Shown here piece after piece: positions 1 through 8,417 of a stretch of 35,431 nucleotides of DNA; the first letter of the stretch is position 1, and the number at the start of each line of letters is the position of its first letter. Location of the stretch: positions 1 through 35,431 of the forward strand of contig JBGAJT010000001.1 of the NCBI GenBank assembly GCA_044224785.1, given 5' to 3'. Both the position numbers and the translations under genes were made by a program. The notes below the pieces were generated by a model. It worked only from the letters and a program-made list of their open reading frames with translations. It was not told the origin of the DNA and did not search any database. Origin of the DNA: Candidatus Nanopelagicales bacterium (GTDB taxonomy: Bacteria; Actinomycetota; Actinomycetes; S36-B12; CAIYMF01).

Positions 1-1
1 C

Positions 2-571
2 CAGGTCGCGACCATGGTCGAGCTCGCGCGGGACGAGTTCGGCGGCCTCGACGTCCTGGTGAACAACGTCGGCGTCCACCACCTCTTCCAGGACGCGATG
101 GATCTCCCCGACAGCGAGTTCGACCGGATGCTCGACATCAACACCAAGTCGCTCCTCTACACCGCGAAGGCGGCCGTCCCGCTGCTGCGCGAGAGCGGCC
201 GCGGCTCGATCTGCACGGTCGCCTCGATCGGCGCCGTGGTGATCCGGCCGGGCGCGAGCCTCTACGCCGCGAGCAAGAGCGCGGCGATCTCGATGACGAA
301 GAGCCTGGCGATGGAGCTCGCTCCCCAGGTCCGGGTGAACTGCGTGCTGCCGACGTCGACGCCGACCGGCCTGCTCAAGAACATCCCCGGCGCCGACGCC
401 GACTGGGTCGAGGCCCGCTACGCGAAGAACGCGGAGAACATCCCGCTCAAGCGTCTGGGCACCGGGGAGGACATCGCCGCTGCGATCGCGTTCCTGTCGT
501 CCGACGATGCATCCTTCATCACCGGCGTCGCGCTCCCCGTCGACGGCGGACGAAGCGCAGGAGGTGCGTGA
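2..571 (+). CDS. Short-chain dehydrogenase/reductase (SDR), 5'-truncated by the window edge
   Basis: Frame is open from base 2. Motifs LDVLVNNVG, catalytic YAASK, VRVNCVLP and C-terminal FITGVALPVDGG. The N-terminal TGxxxGIG lies outside the window. Confidence 0.92.
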   Translation, partial: QVATMVELARDEFGGLDVLVNNVGVHHLFQDAMDLPDSEFDRMLDINTKSLLYTAKAAVPLLRESGRGSICTVASIGAVVIRPGASLYAASKSAAISMTKSLAMELAPQVRVNCVLPTSTPTGLLKNIPGADADWVEARYAKNAENIPLKRLGTGEDIAAAIAFLSSDDASFITGVALPVDGGRSAGGA

Positions 572-975
572 TGGACCTGTCCCTCGCCCAGCAGGTGCTG
601 GCGGCCGCGGTGGCGTGCGCCGAGGAGATCGGCGTACGGCTCTCGTTCTCGATCGCCGACGCGAAGGGCCACGAGATCCTCACCGCCCGGATGGACGGCG
701 CCCCCTGGTTCACCCCGCACATCGCCCGCACCAAGGCGAAGACCTGCGTCGCGATGGGCATGGACTCGCGTGCCGTCGCCGACCTCGACGCCGCCCACCC
801 GGGGCTGCTCAAGGTCATCGAGGAGCAGGTCGGCCACACCGTGACGACCCTCGGCGGCGGCATCGTCGTGACCGACGCCCACGGCGCGGTGCTCGGTGCG
901 GTCGCCGGCAGCGGCGCCCACCCCGACCAGGACGCCGACTGCGCCCGCGCCGGAGCGAACGCCTGGCTCGCCTGA
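568..975 (+). CDS. GlcG/HbpS-family heme-binding protein
   Basis: 135 aa with 'IADAKGHEILTARMDGA', 'IARTKAKT', 'LGGGIVV' and 'GAVAGSGAHPDQDADCA'. GTGA overlap with the SDR stop. Confidence 0.85.
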   Translation: MMDLSLAQQVLAAAVACAEEIGVRLSFSIADAKGHEILTARMDGAPWFTPHIARTKAKTCVAMGMDSRAVADLDAAHPGLLKVIEEQVGHTVTTLGGGIVVTDAHGAVLGAVAGSGAHPDQDADCARAGANAWLA

Positions 976-985
976 CCCAGCGTTG

Positions 986-1017
986 GCAGGAACGCGCTCT
1001 CCACGACGCGTTCCTGC
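986..1017. terminator. Hairpin between convergent genes (likely bidirectional terminator)
   Basis: GCAGGAACGCG (986-996) and CGCGTTCCTGC (1007-1017) form a perfect 11-bp inverted repeat between the stops at 975 (+) and 1051 (-). Confidence 0.6.
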
Positions 1018-1050
1018 TCACGATGGATCGCCGCGCGCGCCGGGGAGCGG

Positions 1051-2631
1051 CTAGTCGAGCTCCTCGACGTAGTGGCGGATCTGGACGGGCGGCCCGACCA
1101 GCCGACGCACGGCCTGCGAGGCCTCGACGTCCTCGAGCTCCTGGCGCACCGAGTGCTGCTCGAGGTGGTCGTGCCACGAGTCGACCATGAACGACTCGAC
1201 GACGAGACCTGGCTCCTCGACGTCGGACGCGAGGCTCCACCGGCGCGCACCCGTGCGGCGCCGTGAGCGCCGCAGCTCCTCCATCGCCTCGAGGAACTCC
1301 TCGCGCCGCTCCACCGGCACCGACCAGGTGACGGTCACGCGGGCCCGGCGGTCGAGCATCTCGTCGGGCAGGTCGGCGTCCGGCAGCGGCCAGCCCTCCA
1401 CGTCGCCGACGAGCGTCACCTCGGGGAACCGGCCGAGCAGCGCGACCACCCAGATCGGTAGCACGGCGGCCGCCGCGACGGCGAAGGAGGTGGTGACGCC
1501 GAACCTGGTGCCCACCGCACCCCAGAGGAACGCACCCGCGGCCATGCCGCCCTGCGACGCCATGAAGTAGTACGCGAGCCCGCGCGCGCGGACCCAGCCG
1601 GGGAGCAGCTGCTGGGCCAGCGCGAGCAGCACGGCGCCGACCGCGGTCCAGCCGGCGCCCGTCACCGGCAGCACGACCAGCAGGACCCAGGGGACGTGCG
1701 CGAGCCCGATGCCCAGCAGGCACAGGGCGAACACCGGCATGATCACGCTGACGTAGCGGGTCGACGACACGCGCGCCCGGTACGGCGCGAGCAGGACGGT
1801 GCCGATCACCGCGCCCCCGCCGAGGACGGCGAGCACCCAGCCGTACTGCGACGCCCCCAGACCCAGCTCGCGCAGCGCGACCACGGGCAGCAGCGCGAAC
1901 AGCGCGCTGCCGACGACGAACCACGCACCGGTCACGAGGACGAGGCGGCGGAACCGGTGGGCGTTCACCACGTGCCGGAAGCCCGTGCGCAGCGCGGGCA
2001 CGAACCGGCGCGACGCCGAGCGCCGCTCCGGGACGTCGGCCACCACGGCCGCGACCGCGAACGCGAGGTAGCCCAGCGTGCTGAGCCCGAAGGCGACCGT
2101 CGGCCCGAGCAGTGCGATGACCACACCGCCGACCGCCGGACCGATCACGCGGGCGACGTTGAAGTTGATGCTCGCGAGCATCCCCGCGGCCGGGATGTAC
2201 TCGCGGGCCACGACGTCGGGCACGACCGCCGAGAACGACGGCGCGTTCACCGCCCACGCCAGACCGAGCAGGAAGGTGAGCACGAGCAGCAGGCCGGCGC
2301 TGAGGGCGTCGGCCGCGCTGGTGGCCGTCAGGACGACGCCGACGACGACGGCCGCGGCGTTGGTCGTGATGAGCACCAGGCGGCGCGACACGAGGTCGGC
2401 GAGGACGCCGGACGGGATGGTGAAGACCAGGAACGGCAGGGTGACCGCCGACTGCACGAGCGCGATGACGAGCGTCGACTCGCCGCGCTGCACCATCACG
2501 ACCTGGGCGGCGACGGTGAGGACCCAGATCGCCGTCTGGGTCGCGAGCTGCCCGGCCATGAGCGCCCGGTAGGCCGGCGACACCCGCAACGGCGAGAGCA
2601 GGCGTGCCGGATCCGGGGCCTGCGAGCTCAC
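1051..2631 (-). CDS. MFS transporter (MFS_3/DUF894 type) with C-terminal soluble domain
   Basis: About 12 hydrophobic segments, 'GVLADLVSRR' motif A and 'NVARVIGPAVGG'. C-terminal 'EFLEAMEELRRSRRRTGARRW...ESFMVDSWHDHLEQH' domain is typical of this family. Start placed at GTG 2631, just after the DUF35 stop. Confidence 0.85.
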   Translation of the reverse strand: MSSQAPDPARLLSPLRVSPAYRALMAGQLATQTAIWVLTVAAQVVMVQRGESTLVIALVQSAVTLPFLVFTIPSGVLADLVSRRLVLITTNAAAVVVGVVLTATSAADALSAGLLLVLTFLLGLAWAVNAPSFSAVVPDVVAREYIPAAGMLASINFNVARVIGPAVGGVVIALLGPTVAFGLSTLGYLAFAVAAVVADVPERRSASRRFVPALRTGFRHVVNAHRFRRLVLVTGAWFVVGSALFALLPVVALRELGLGASQYGWVLAVLGGGAVIGTVLLAPYRARVSSTRYVSVIMPVFALCLLGIGLAHVPWVLLVVLPVTGAGWTAVGAVLLALAQQLLPGWVRARGLAYYFMASQGGMAAGAFLWGAVGTRFGVTTSFAVAAAAVLPIWVVALLGRFPEVTLVGDVEGWPLPDADLPDEMLDRRARVTVTWSVPVERREEFLEAMEELRRSRRRTGARRWSLASDVEEPGLVVESFMVDSWHDHLEQHSVRQELEDVEASQAVRRLVGPPVQIRHYVEELD

Positions 2632-2636
2632 GGGGA

Positions 2637-3044
2637 TCAGTCCAGCACGAACCGGGCTCCGGCCCGTCCCGACTCCACCTCGGGCCGTCCCGCGAGGCGG
2701 ACCCGGCGTCCGACGGCGACGTCGGAGAGGTCGTCGGCCAGCACGTTCGCCATGATCGTCGGCCCGCCGTCGAGGGAGACGAGGGCGAACACGTACGGCG
2801 GCCGCTTGGCGAAGGCGCCGTCGCCTCGGTGCACGACGGAGAAGGAGTAGATCTCGCCGGTGCCCGCGAGCGTGCGCCACTCCTGGACCTCGCGGTAGCA
2901 GGCGACGCAGCGCGTCCGCGGCGGCCACACGTGGTCGTCGCAGTGCACGCACCACGGCACGCTCACCTCGCCGCGCTCGAGCGCGTCGAAGAAGGGCAGG
3001 TCCTCGGGGTTGAGCGCCAGGTCGACGCCGGGCAGGTCGCTCAT
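2637..3044 (-). CDS. DUF35-family Zn-ribbon/OB-fold protein (thiolase partner)
   Basis: CVHC...PPRTRCVAC zinc ribbon, 'GEIYSFSVVH' and 'PYVFALVSLDGGP'. ATGA overlap with the thiolase-fold gene. Confidence 0.9.
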   Translation of the reverse strand: MSDLPGVDLALNPEDLPFFDALERGEVSVPWCVHCDDHVWPPRTRCVACYREVQEWRTLAGTGEIYSFSVVHRGDGAFAKRPPYVFALVSLDGGPTIMANVLADDLSDVAVGRRVRLAGRPEVESGRAGARFVLD

Positions 3045-4189
3045 GACTCCCTCACCAGCACGCTCGTCGCCGACATCGCCCGCGACCCCAACGAGAAGCC
3101 CGAGCCGTGCACGACCGCCAGCTCGCACGACGGCACCTGCAGCTCGGGGTGCGCCTCGCCGCGCAGCTGCCGCACCGCCTCGATCGTGCGGATCATGCCT
3201 CCGCGCATGTCGGGGTGGTTGTTCGACAGGCCGCCGCCGTCGGTGTTGAGCGGCAGCACCCCCGACGGCGACATCAGTGCGCCGTCACGGACGAGCCTGC
3301 CGCCCTCGCCCTTGGCGCAGAAGCCGAGGTCCTCGAGCGTCAGCAGCACGGTGATCGTGAACGAGTCGTAGATCGACGCGTAGTCGACGTCGGCCGCGGT
3401 GATGCCTGCTTCGGCGAACGCGCGCGCCCCGGTCTCGGCGGCGCCGGTCAGCGTGAGGTCCGGCCGGCCGTTGCTCCAGTTCCGGGTGGTCTCGCCGTGG
3501 CCGATGATGCCAACGAGGGGCTTCCCGAGGTTGCGGGCGACCTCCTCGTTCACGACGAGGAACGCGCCGCCGCCGTCGGACACGACGCAGCAGTCCATCC
3601 GGTGGAGCGGCTCCGCGATCGGCGGCTGCTCGAGCACCTCCTCGAGCGTCACCCGCTGCGGCAGCATCGCGTGCGGGTTGAACGAGGCGTGGTAGCTCGA
3701 GGCGACCTTGATGTGGGCGAGGTCGGCGCGCGTCGTGCCGTACAGGGACATGTGGCGCTGCGCCGCGAGCGCGTACTGCGCGACCAGCGTGGAGCCGTGC
3801 GCCTGCTCGTAGACCGCGTGCGGACCGGGCGCCGCGCGGTTGAACATCCCGCGACGCGGCAGGCCGGCCATGACGACCAGCACGATGCTCGCGTCGCCCG
3901 CCTGGATCGCGCGCGCGGCCGTGGCGATCGACGAGACGTAGGTCGCGCCGCCGAGGTCGGTGCCGTCGAAGTGCCTGGCGTTGCGCAGGCCGAGGGTGTC
4001 GGCGAGCGACACCATGCTCCCGGGCGTCAGCGACGTGTGGAAGCCGTCGACCTGGTCGATGCTGAGCCCGGCGTCGGCCAGCACCCCTGCGACGATGTCG
4101 ACGTAGACGGTCGCGAGCGACGCGGTCTCGATGGACCGCTCGGGGTGCTCGTAGATCCCGGCGATGTACGCCGACGGCCTCGGCGTCAC
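3041..4189 (-). CDS. SCP-x/Ltp2-type thiolase-fold protein
   Basis: 'PLHRMDCCVVSDGGGA', 'IYDSFTITVLLTLEDLGFCAKGEGG', 'LNTDGGGLS' and 'EAVRQLRGEA'. The usual nucleophilic Cys position reads 'LGGAT'. Confidence 0.88.
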   Translation of the reverse strand: MTPRPSAYIAGIYEHPERSIETASLATVYVDIVAGVLADAGLSIDQVDGFHTSLTPGSMVSLADTLGLRNARHFDGTDLGGATYVSSIATAARAIQAGDASIVLVVMAGLPRRGMFNRAAPGPHAVYEQAHGSTLVAQYALAAQRHMSLYGTTRADLAHIKVASSYHASFNPHAMLPQRVTLEEVLEQPPIAEPLHRMDCCVVSDGGGAFLVVNEEVARNLGKPLVGIIGHGETTRNWSNGRPDLTLTGAAETGARAFAEAGITAADVDYASIYDSFTITVLLTLEDLGFCAKGEGGRLVRDGALMSPSGVLPLNTDGGGLSNNHPDMRGGMIRTIEAVRQLRGEAHPELQVPSCELAVVHGSGFSLGSRAMSATSVLVRES

Positions 4190-4854
4190 GGGGCGACCCT
4201 CGCGTCGACGAAGGTGACCTCGGCATCGGTGAGCTCGCGCACGGTCTCAGCATCCACCCCAGGGGCGAGCTCGAGGCACTCGAAGTGCGAACCGGCGGGT
4301 CGGAAGACGCCGAGGGCCGTGTAGATGCGCGTCACGCAGCGGGAGCCGGTGAGCGGCAGGGTGCAGCGCCGCATCAGCTTCGAGCGGCCGCGCTTGTCGG
4401 TGTGGTCCATGACGACCCAGACCTGCTTGGCCCCCATCACCAGGTCCATCGCGCCGCCGACGCCGGGCGTGCGGCCCGGCGCGGTCCAGTTCGCGAGGTC
4501 TCCGGACGGCGTCGCCTCCATGCCGCCGAGGACGGCGATGTCGAGGTGCCCGCCGCGCACGATGGCGAACGAGAGCGACGAGTCGAAGATCGACGCACCC
4601 ACCTCGATGCGCGCGTACTCCTTGCCGGCGTTGGTGACGTCGAGGTCGATGTCGTCGGGCTCGGGGACGCCGCCGAGGCCGAGGATCCCGTTCTCCGTGT
4701 GGAACCACACCTCGCGGTCCTCGGCGACGCGCGCCGGGATCATCATCGGGATCCCGATCCCGAGGTTCACGTAGGCGCCGTCGGGCACGTCGTCGGCCGC
4801 GCGCTGCGCCAGGCCGGAGCGCGACCAGCCGATCGCGGTCTCGTTCTCGCTCAC
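4186..4854 (-). CDS. 3-oxoacid CoA-transferase subunit B (PcaJ/ScoB-like)
   Basis: 'YVNLGIGIP', catalytic 'TENG', 'RGGHLDIAVLG', 'GDLANW' and 'GVGGAMDL'. GTGA overlaps at both ends. Confidence 0.92.
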   Translation of the reverse strand: MSENETAIGWSRSGLAQRAADDVPDGAYVNLGIGIPMMIPARVAEDREVWFHTENGILGLGGVPEPDDIDLDVTNAGKEYARIEVGASIFDSSLSFAIVRGGHLDIAVLGGMEATPSGDLANWTAPGRTPGVGGAMDLVMGAKQVWVVMDHTDKRGRSKLMRRCTLPLTGSRCVTRIYTALGVFRPAGSHFECLELAPGVDAETVRELTDAEVTFVDARVAP

Positions 4855-5600
4855 CACGCCGCTCCCGGGTCGTTCGGCTTGCCGACCCAGCCGCCGGTCG
4901 ACTGGATCACGTGCTGGACGAAGATCCCCGGCAGGTGCACGGCGTCGGGCTCGATCTCGCCCACCTCGACGAGGTTCTGCGCCTCGAGGAACGTCACCTG
5001 TGCGGCCATCGCGGCCGGCGGGTTGAAGTTGCGCGAGCCGAGCCGGAACGCGGCGTTGCCCAGCCGGTCGGCGCGGTGCGCCTTGACCAGCGCGAAGTCG
5101 ACGTTCAGCGCCTCCTCGAGCACGCAGGCCCGGCCGTTGAAGACGCGCACGTCCTTCGGGGCCATCCACTCGATGACGTTGCCGTCGCTGTCGTAGCGCG
5201 CGGGGTAGTTCCCGGTCGAGAGGTCGGTGCCCGCGCCGGTCGGCGTGTAGAAGGCGGGGATGCCGGCGCCCGCGGCGCGCATCCGCTCCGCGAGCGTTCC
5301 CTGCGGCACCAGCTCGAGCTCGACGTACCCGTCGTGGAAGAGCGAGAAGAAGATCTTGTTCGAGGGGAACGAGCCGGTGAACTTCCGGATCCGCTTCTCC
5401 TGGGCGAGCCGTCCGACGCCGGTCGGGTCGATGCCCGCGTTGTTGGCGACGATGTGCAGGTCCTTCTTGCCCAGGTCGCAGAGCGCGTCGCAGAGCATGA
5501 TCGGCGCCCCGGTCAGGCCGAAGCCGCCCACGGCGATCGACGAGCCGTCCGGGACGACGTCGAGCATCTCGAGGACGTCGGTGCGGATCTTGTCGATCAC
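4851..5600 (-). CDS. 3-oxoacid CoA-transferase subunit A (PcaI/ScoA-like)
   Basis: 'IAVGGFG', 'ANNAG', 'PQGTLAERMRAAGAGIPAFYTPTG' and 'RNFNP'. Start GTG 5600 overlaps the VOC stop. Confidence 0.92.
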   Translation of the reverse strand: MIDKIRTDVLEMLDVVPDGSSIAVGGFGLTGAPIMLCDALCDLGKKDLHIVANNAGIDPTGVGRLAQEKRIRKFTGSFPSNKIFFSLFHDGYVELELVPQGTLAERMRAAGAGIPAFYTPTGAGTDLSTGNYPARYDSDGNVIEWMAPKDVRVFNGRACVLEEALNVDFALVKAHRADRLGNAAFRLGSRNFNPPAAMAAQVTFLEAQNLVEVGEIEPDAVHLPGIFVQHVIQSTGGWVGKPNDPGAAW

Positions 5601-6520
5601 CGCGAGTGCGCCCCCATCATCAGCGCCGCGAGGTCCTCCGGCTCGCGCATCTGCTTCGGCGGCGGCGGCCCCCACGAGTAGAAGGACTTCACGCCCTCCC
5701 ACAGCCCCGCCTCCCACTCGGCGTCGTCGACGATGGCGTCCATGTCGGAGTAGTACTCCGAGAAGTTGCCGGCCGGGTCCTTGAGGTACCAGAAGTAGTT
5801 CGAGCCCAGGTAGTGCCGGCCGAGTCCCCACACATGGCGCTCGGAGTCCTTCTGGATCATCGCCATCGCAGCCGCGCCGACGGCGTCGACGTCGGGGAGC
5901 TCCCACGACGTGTGGTGCACGAACTGGATCGGCGCCTCGCGCAGCGCGAGGTTGTGGTGGTCCGACGAGCACCTCATGAAGGCCAGTCCCTCCTTGGTGA
6001 GGTCGCTGACCTTGAACCCGATGCCCTGCACGAAGAACGCGCGCGAGCGCTCCTCGTCCAACGACGACAGGACGATGTGGCCGAGCTTGCGCGGCCGCAG
6101 CACCGACTCGTCGCGCAGGATCGCCTCGGAGCGCAGGTTGCGCCGCCGCACGTCCCCGGGCGCGTTCAGCGTGACGCCGGGCTCGGGCTGCTCCACGAGC
6201 CGGTCCGCGATCTCCACGCGGACCTCGACGCCGGTGCCGGCGTCGTACGCCGTCACGGCTGACTCCTCGCGGGCGGACTCGAAGCCGAGCGCACCGAGGT
6301 CGTGGGCGACCCGGTCGAGGTCGTCGGCGTCGTCGCACGCGATGCCGAGGGCCACGGCCCGACGCCGCTCGGCGGGGACGAGCCGCAGCTGCTCGCCGCC
6401 GTTGACGGTGCCGTAGCGGCCGTCGCCGAGGGCGGTGAGCCCGAAGTCCTCGTAGTACTCGCCGACCGACACGGGGTCGGGCACCCCGAGGGTCAGCGTG
6501 CTGAGCCGGTGCAGAGCCAT
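5597..6520 (-). CDS. Type I extradiol dioxygenase-like two-domain VOC protein
   Basis: Metal-ligand pattern KLGHIVL / HHTSWE / FSEYY, plus 'FMRCSSDHHN' and 'WGLGRHYLGSNYFWYLKDPAGN'. RBS GGAGG precedes ATG 6520. Confidence 0.85.
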   Translation of the reverse strand: MALHRLSTLTLGVPDPVSVGEYYEDFGLTALGDGRYGTVNGGEQLRLVPAERRRAVALGIACDDADDLDRVAHDLGALGFESAREESAVTAYDAGTGVEVRVEIADRLVEQPEPGVTLNAPGDVRRRNLRSEAILRDESVLRPRKLGHIVLSSLDEERSRAFFVQGIGFKVSDLTKEGLAFMRCSSDHHNLALREAPIQFVHHTSWELPDVDAVGAAAMAMIQKDSERHVWGLGRHYLGSNYFWYLKDPAGNFSEYYSDMDAIVDDAEWEAGLWEGVKSFYSWGPPPPKQMREPEDLAALMMGAHSR

Positions 6521-6536
6521 GGCGTCCTCCCCGGGG

Positions 6537-7394
6537 TCAGGCCTGGCGGACGGTGTTGCGGAGCAGACCGACACCGTCGATCTCGATCTCGACGACGTCG
6601 CCGTCCGACAGCAGCCGCGGCGGGTCGAAGAACAGGCCCACGCCGCCAGGCGTGCCGGCCGCGATCACGTCGCCGGGGTTCAGCGGCGTGAACGTGGAGC
6701 AGTAGGCGATGAGCTCGGCGACCGAGAACACCATGTCCTTGATGAGGGCGTCCTGGCGCACCTCGCCGTTGACCCGGGTCTGCAGCCGCGAGGCGCCGAT
6801 GTCGGCGACCGATCCCGCCGTCACGATCTCGGGGCCGAAGGCGCCGGACTGCCAGAAGTTCTTGCCGGGGATCCACTGCGGGCTGTGGCGCTGCCAGTCG
6901 CGCACGCTGCCGTCGTTGTAGACCGACCAGCCGAAGACGTGGTCGAGCGCCTCGTCCTCCGAGACGCGGAAGGCGCGCTTGCCGATGACGACGGCGAGCT
7001 CGCCCTCGTAGTCGAACTTCTCCGTCTCGGACGGACGGCGGATGTCGTGGGCGTGGCCGACGTGGCTGTCGGCGAAGCGGGCGAAGATCACCGGGTGGTC
7101 CGGCTTCTCCGGCGCCTGACCGGTCTCCTCGCGGTGGGTCGGGAAGTTGACGCCGGCGCAGAGGACCTTGCCGGCCTCGACCGGCGGCAGCAGCTCGACG
7201 TCGGCGAGCGCGACGGTCGGTGCGGCCGCCTCGATCGCTGCCTCGTCGGGCAGCACCCCGCCGGCGATGAGGTCGCGCACGGTGGCGGCCTCCGCCCCCG
7301 CGACGGACGTGTGGTCGACGATGCCGTCGCCGACGACGAACCCCCAGGACGCGCTGTCGGAGGTACCGGACCGGACGTAGCTGACGATGCGCAC
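6537..7394 (-). CDS. Fumarylacetoacetate hydrolase (FAH) family protein
   Basis: 'KVLCAGVNF', 'DYEGELAVVIGK', 'NDGSVRDWQ', 'GKNF' and 'PGDVIAAGTPGGVG'. GTG start follows a CAGGAGA RBS. Confidence 0.92.
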   Translation of the reverse strand: MRIVSYVRSGTSDSASWGFVVGDGIVDHTSVAGAEAATVRDLIAGGVLPDEAAIEAAAPTVALADVELLPPVEAGKVLCAGVNFPTHREETGQAPEKPDHPVIFARFADSHVGHAHDIRRPSETEKFDYEGELAVVIGKRAFRVSEDEALDHVFGWSVYNDGSVRDWQRHSPQWIPGKNFWQSGAFGPEIVTAGSVADIGASRLQTRVNGEVRQDALIKDMVFSVAELIAYCSTFTPLNPGDVIAAGTPGGVGLFFDPPRLLSDGDVVEIEIDGVGLLRNTVRQA

Positions 7395-7444
7395 GGGAAC
7401 TCTCTCCTGCTGGGTGGCGGCGATGACCCCCATTCATCCAGCAG

Positions 7445-7458
7445 GTTTTCGAAAGTTC
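7445..7458. promoter_or_regulatory. Putative GntR operator upstream of the FAH operon
   Basis: AT-rich near-palindrome GTTTTCGAAAGTTC with the same TTTTCGA core as 8239-8252. Confidence 0.45.
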
Positions 7459-7517
7459 AACCCGCGGTGCCGCCTGCTGGAACGACCTGGTCGCCGGCGT
7501 ACGACGGGCGCGGCCGC

Positions 7518-8219
7518 TCAGACCAGGTGCGGCGCGACGCCGTCGTGCTCGGCAGCGAACGCGAGCGCGAGGTCCGCGGTGCGGCGCAGGTGCGCCTCGT
7601 GCAGCTCCACGAGCCGGTCGGCGTCGCGGGTGAGCGCCGCGTTGCGCAGCGCGAGGTGCTCGTCAGCCCGGTCGCGCGGTGCCTCCGCAGGGCCATCCCC
7701 ACACTCGGTGGCAGCGCCTGCCCAGCGGCGGTAGAGCTCCGACTCCGCGAAGAGCTCCGAGCACAGGTCGACGAGCCTCGGGTTGCCGCAGCCGGCCACC
7801 AGCGCGAGGTGGAAGTCCCTGTGCGCCCACGCCATCTCGTCGATGTCGGTCGAGTCGTGCACATCGACGAGCGCACGGTGCGCCCCGAGCACCCGCTCCT
7901 CCCAGCCGAGATCGCCGCGCTCGACCGACAGGCGCAGCGCCGCGCACTCGGTCACCCGTCGCAGCTCGACGAGCTCGCGCACCTGGTCGTCGTCGATCGT
8001 CCGGACGCGGTAGCCGCGGTTGGGCTCGGCCACCAGCAGGGTCTGCTCCGCGAGCCGGGTGAGCGCCTCGCGCACGACACCGGCGCCGACGCCGTACGTC
8101 GTCGCGAGCTCCACCGGACGCAGCCGCTGGCCGGGTGCGTAGCGCCCCGCCAGCACGGCCGACCGGAGCTGCTCGTAGACGCCGGCCCCGAGCGTCTCGG
8201 CCTCCGCGGTGCGCACCAT
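7518..8219 (-). CDS. GntR-family (FCD) transcriptional regulator
   Basis: N-terminal HTH 'PGQRLRPVELATTYGVGAGVVREALTRL' and FCD 'HRDFHLALVAGCGNPRL...DEH'. Probably leaderless: TAGGCT lies 7 nt before the ATG. Confidence 0.92.
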   Translation of the reverse strand: MVRTAEAETLGAGVYEQLRSAVLAGRYAPGQRLRPVELATTYGVGAGVVREALTRLAEQTLLVAEPNRGYRVRTIDDDQVRELVELRRVTECAALRLSVERGDLGWEERVLGAHRALVDVHDSTDIDEMAWAHRDFHLALVAGCGNPRLVDLCSELFAESELYRRWAGAATECGDGPAEAPRDRADEHLALRNAALTRDADRLVELHEAHLRRTADLALAFAAEHDGVAPHLV

Positions 8220-8238
8220 GGGCCGCAGCCTAATCCAA

Positions 8239-8252
8239 GATTTTCGAGAATC
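8239..8252. promoter_or_regulatory. Putative GntR autoregulatory operator
   Basis: GATTTTCGAGAATC near-perfect palindrome just upstream of the TAGGCT -10 of gntR. Confidence 0.5.
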
Positions 8253-8298
8253 GCGGACGTCGTTCCACGGACAGGACCCGACGCGGGCCGCTGCCTAC

Positions 8299-8406
8299 CC
8301 CGTCGATGCGTGATGACGCCACGCTAGAAGGCCGCGTCATCACTCATCGACGGGAGGATCCGGTCCGTGCGTGGTGACGCCGCGCTAGAAGCCGGCGTCA
8401 TCACGC
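8299..8406. repeat. Two tandem REP-like hairpins with a conserved CGCTAGAAG loop
   Basis: Hairpin 1 (8299-8354) has 21-bp arms with 1 mismatch. Hairpin 2 (8369-8406) has 14-bp arms. Both are GCGTG(A/G)TGACGCC...CGCTAGAAG...GCGTCATCAC. Confidence 0.7.
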
Positions 8407-8417
8407 GTCGACGGCGG

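Noticed and set aside
1051-2955. Extended N-termini in the ORF track (also 4186-5169, 4851-6338, 13860-15455, 22146-23423, 32027-33229 and others)
   Set aside because: The extensions overlap upstream genes in other frames. Starts were reassigned using RBS and stop/start overlaps.
8262-8278. GTTCCACGGACAGGACC as another copy of the 17-bp box
   Set aside because: Only the outer bases match and the spacing to the gntR -10 is not clearly equivalent, so it is too weak to count.
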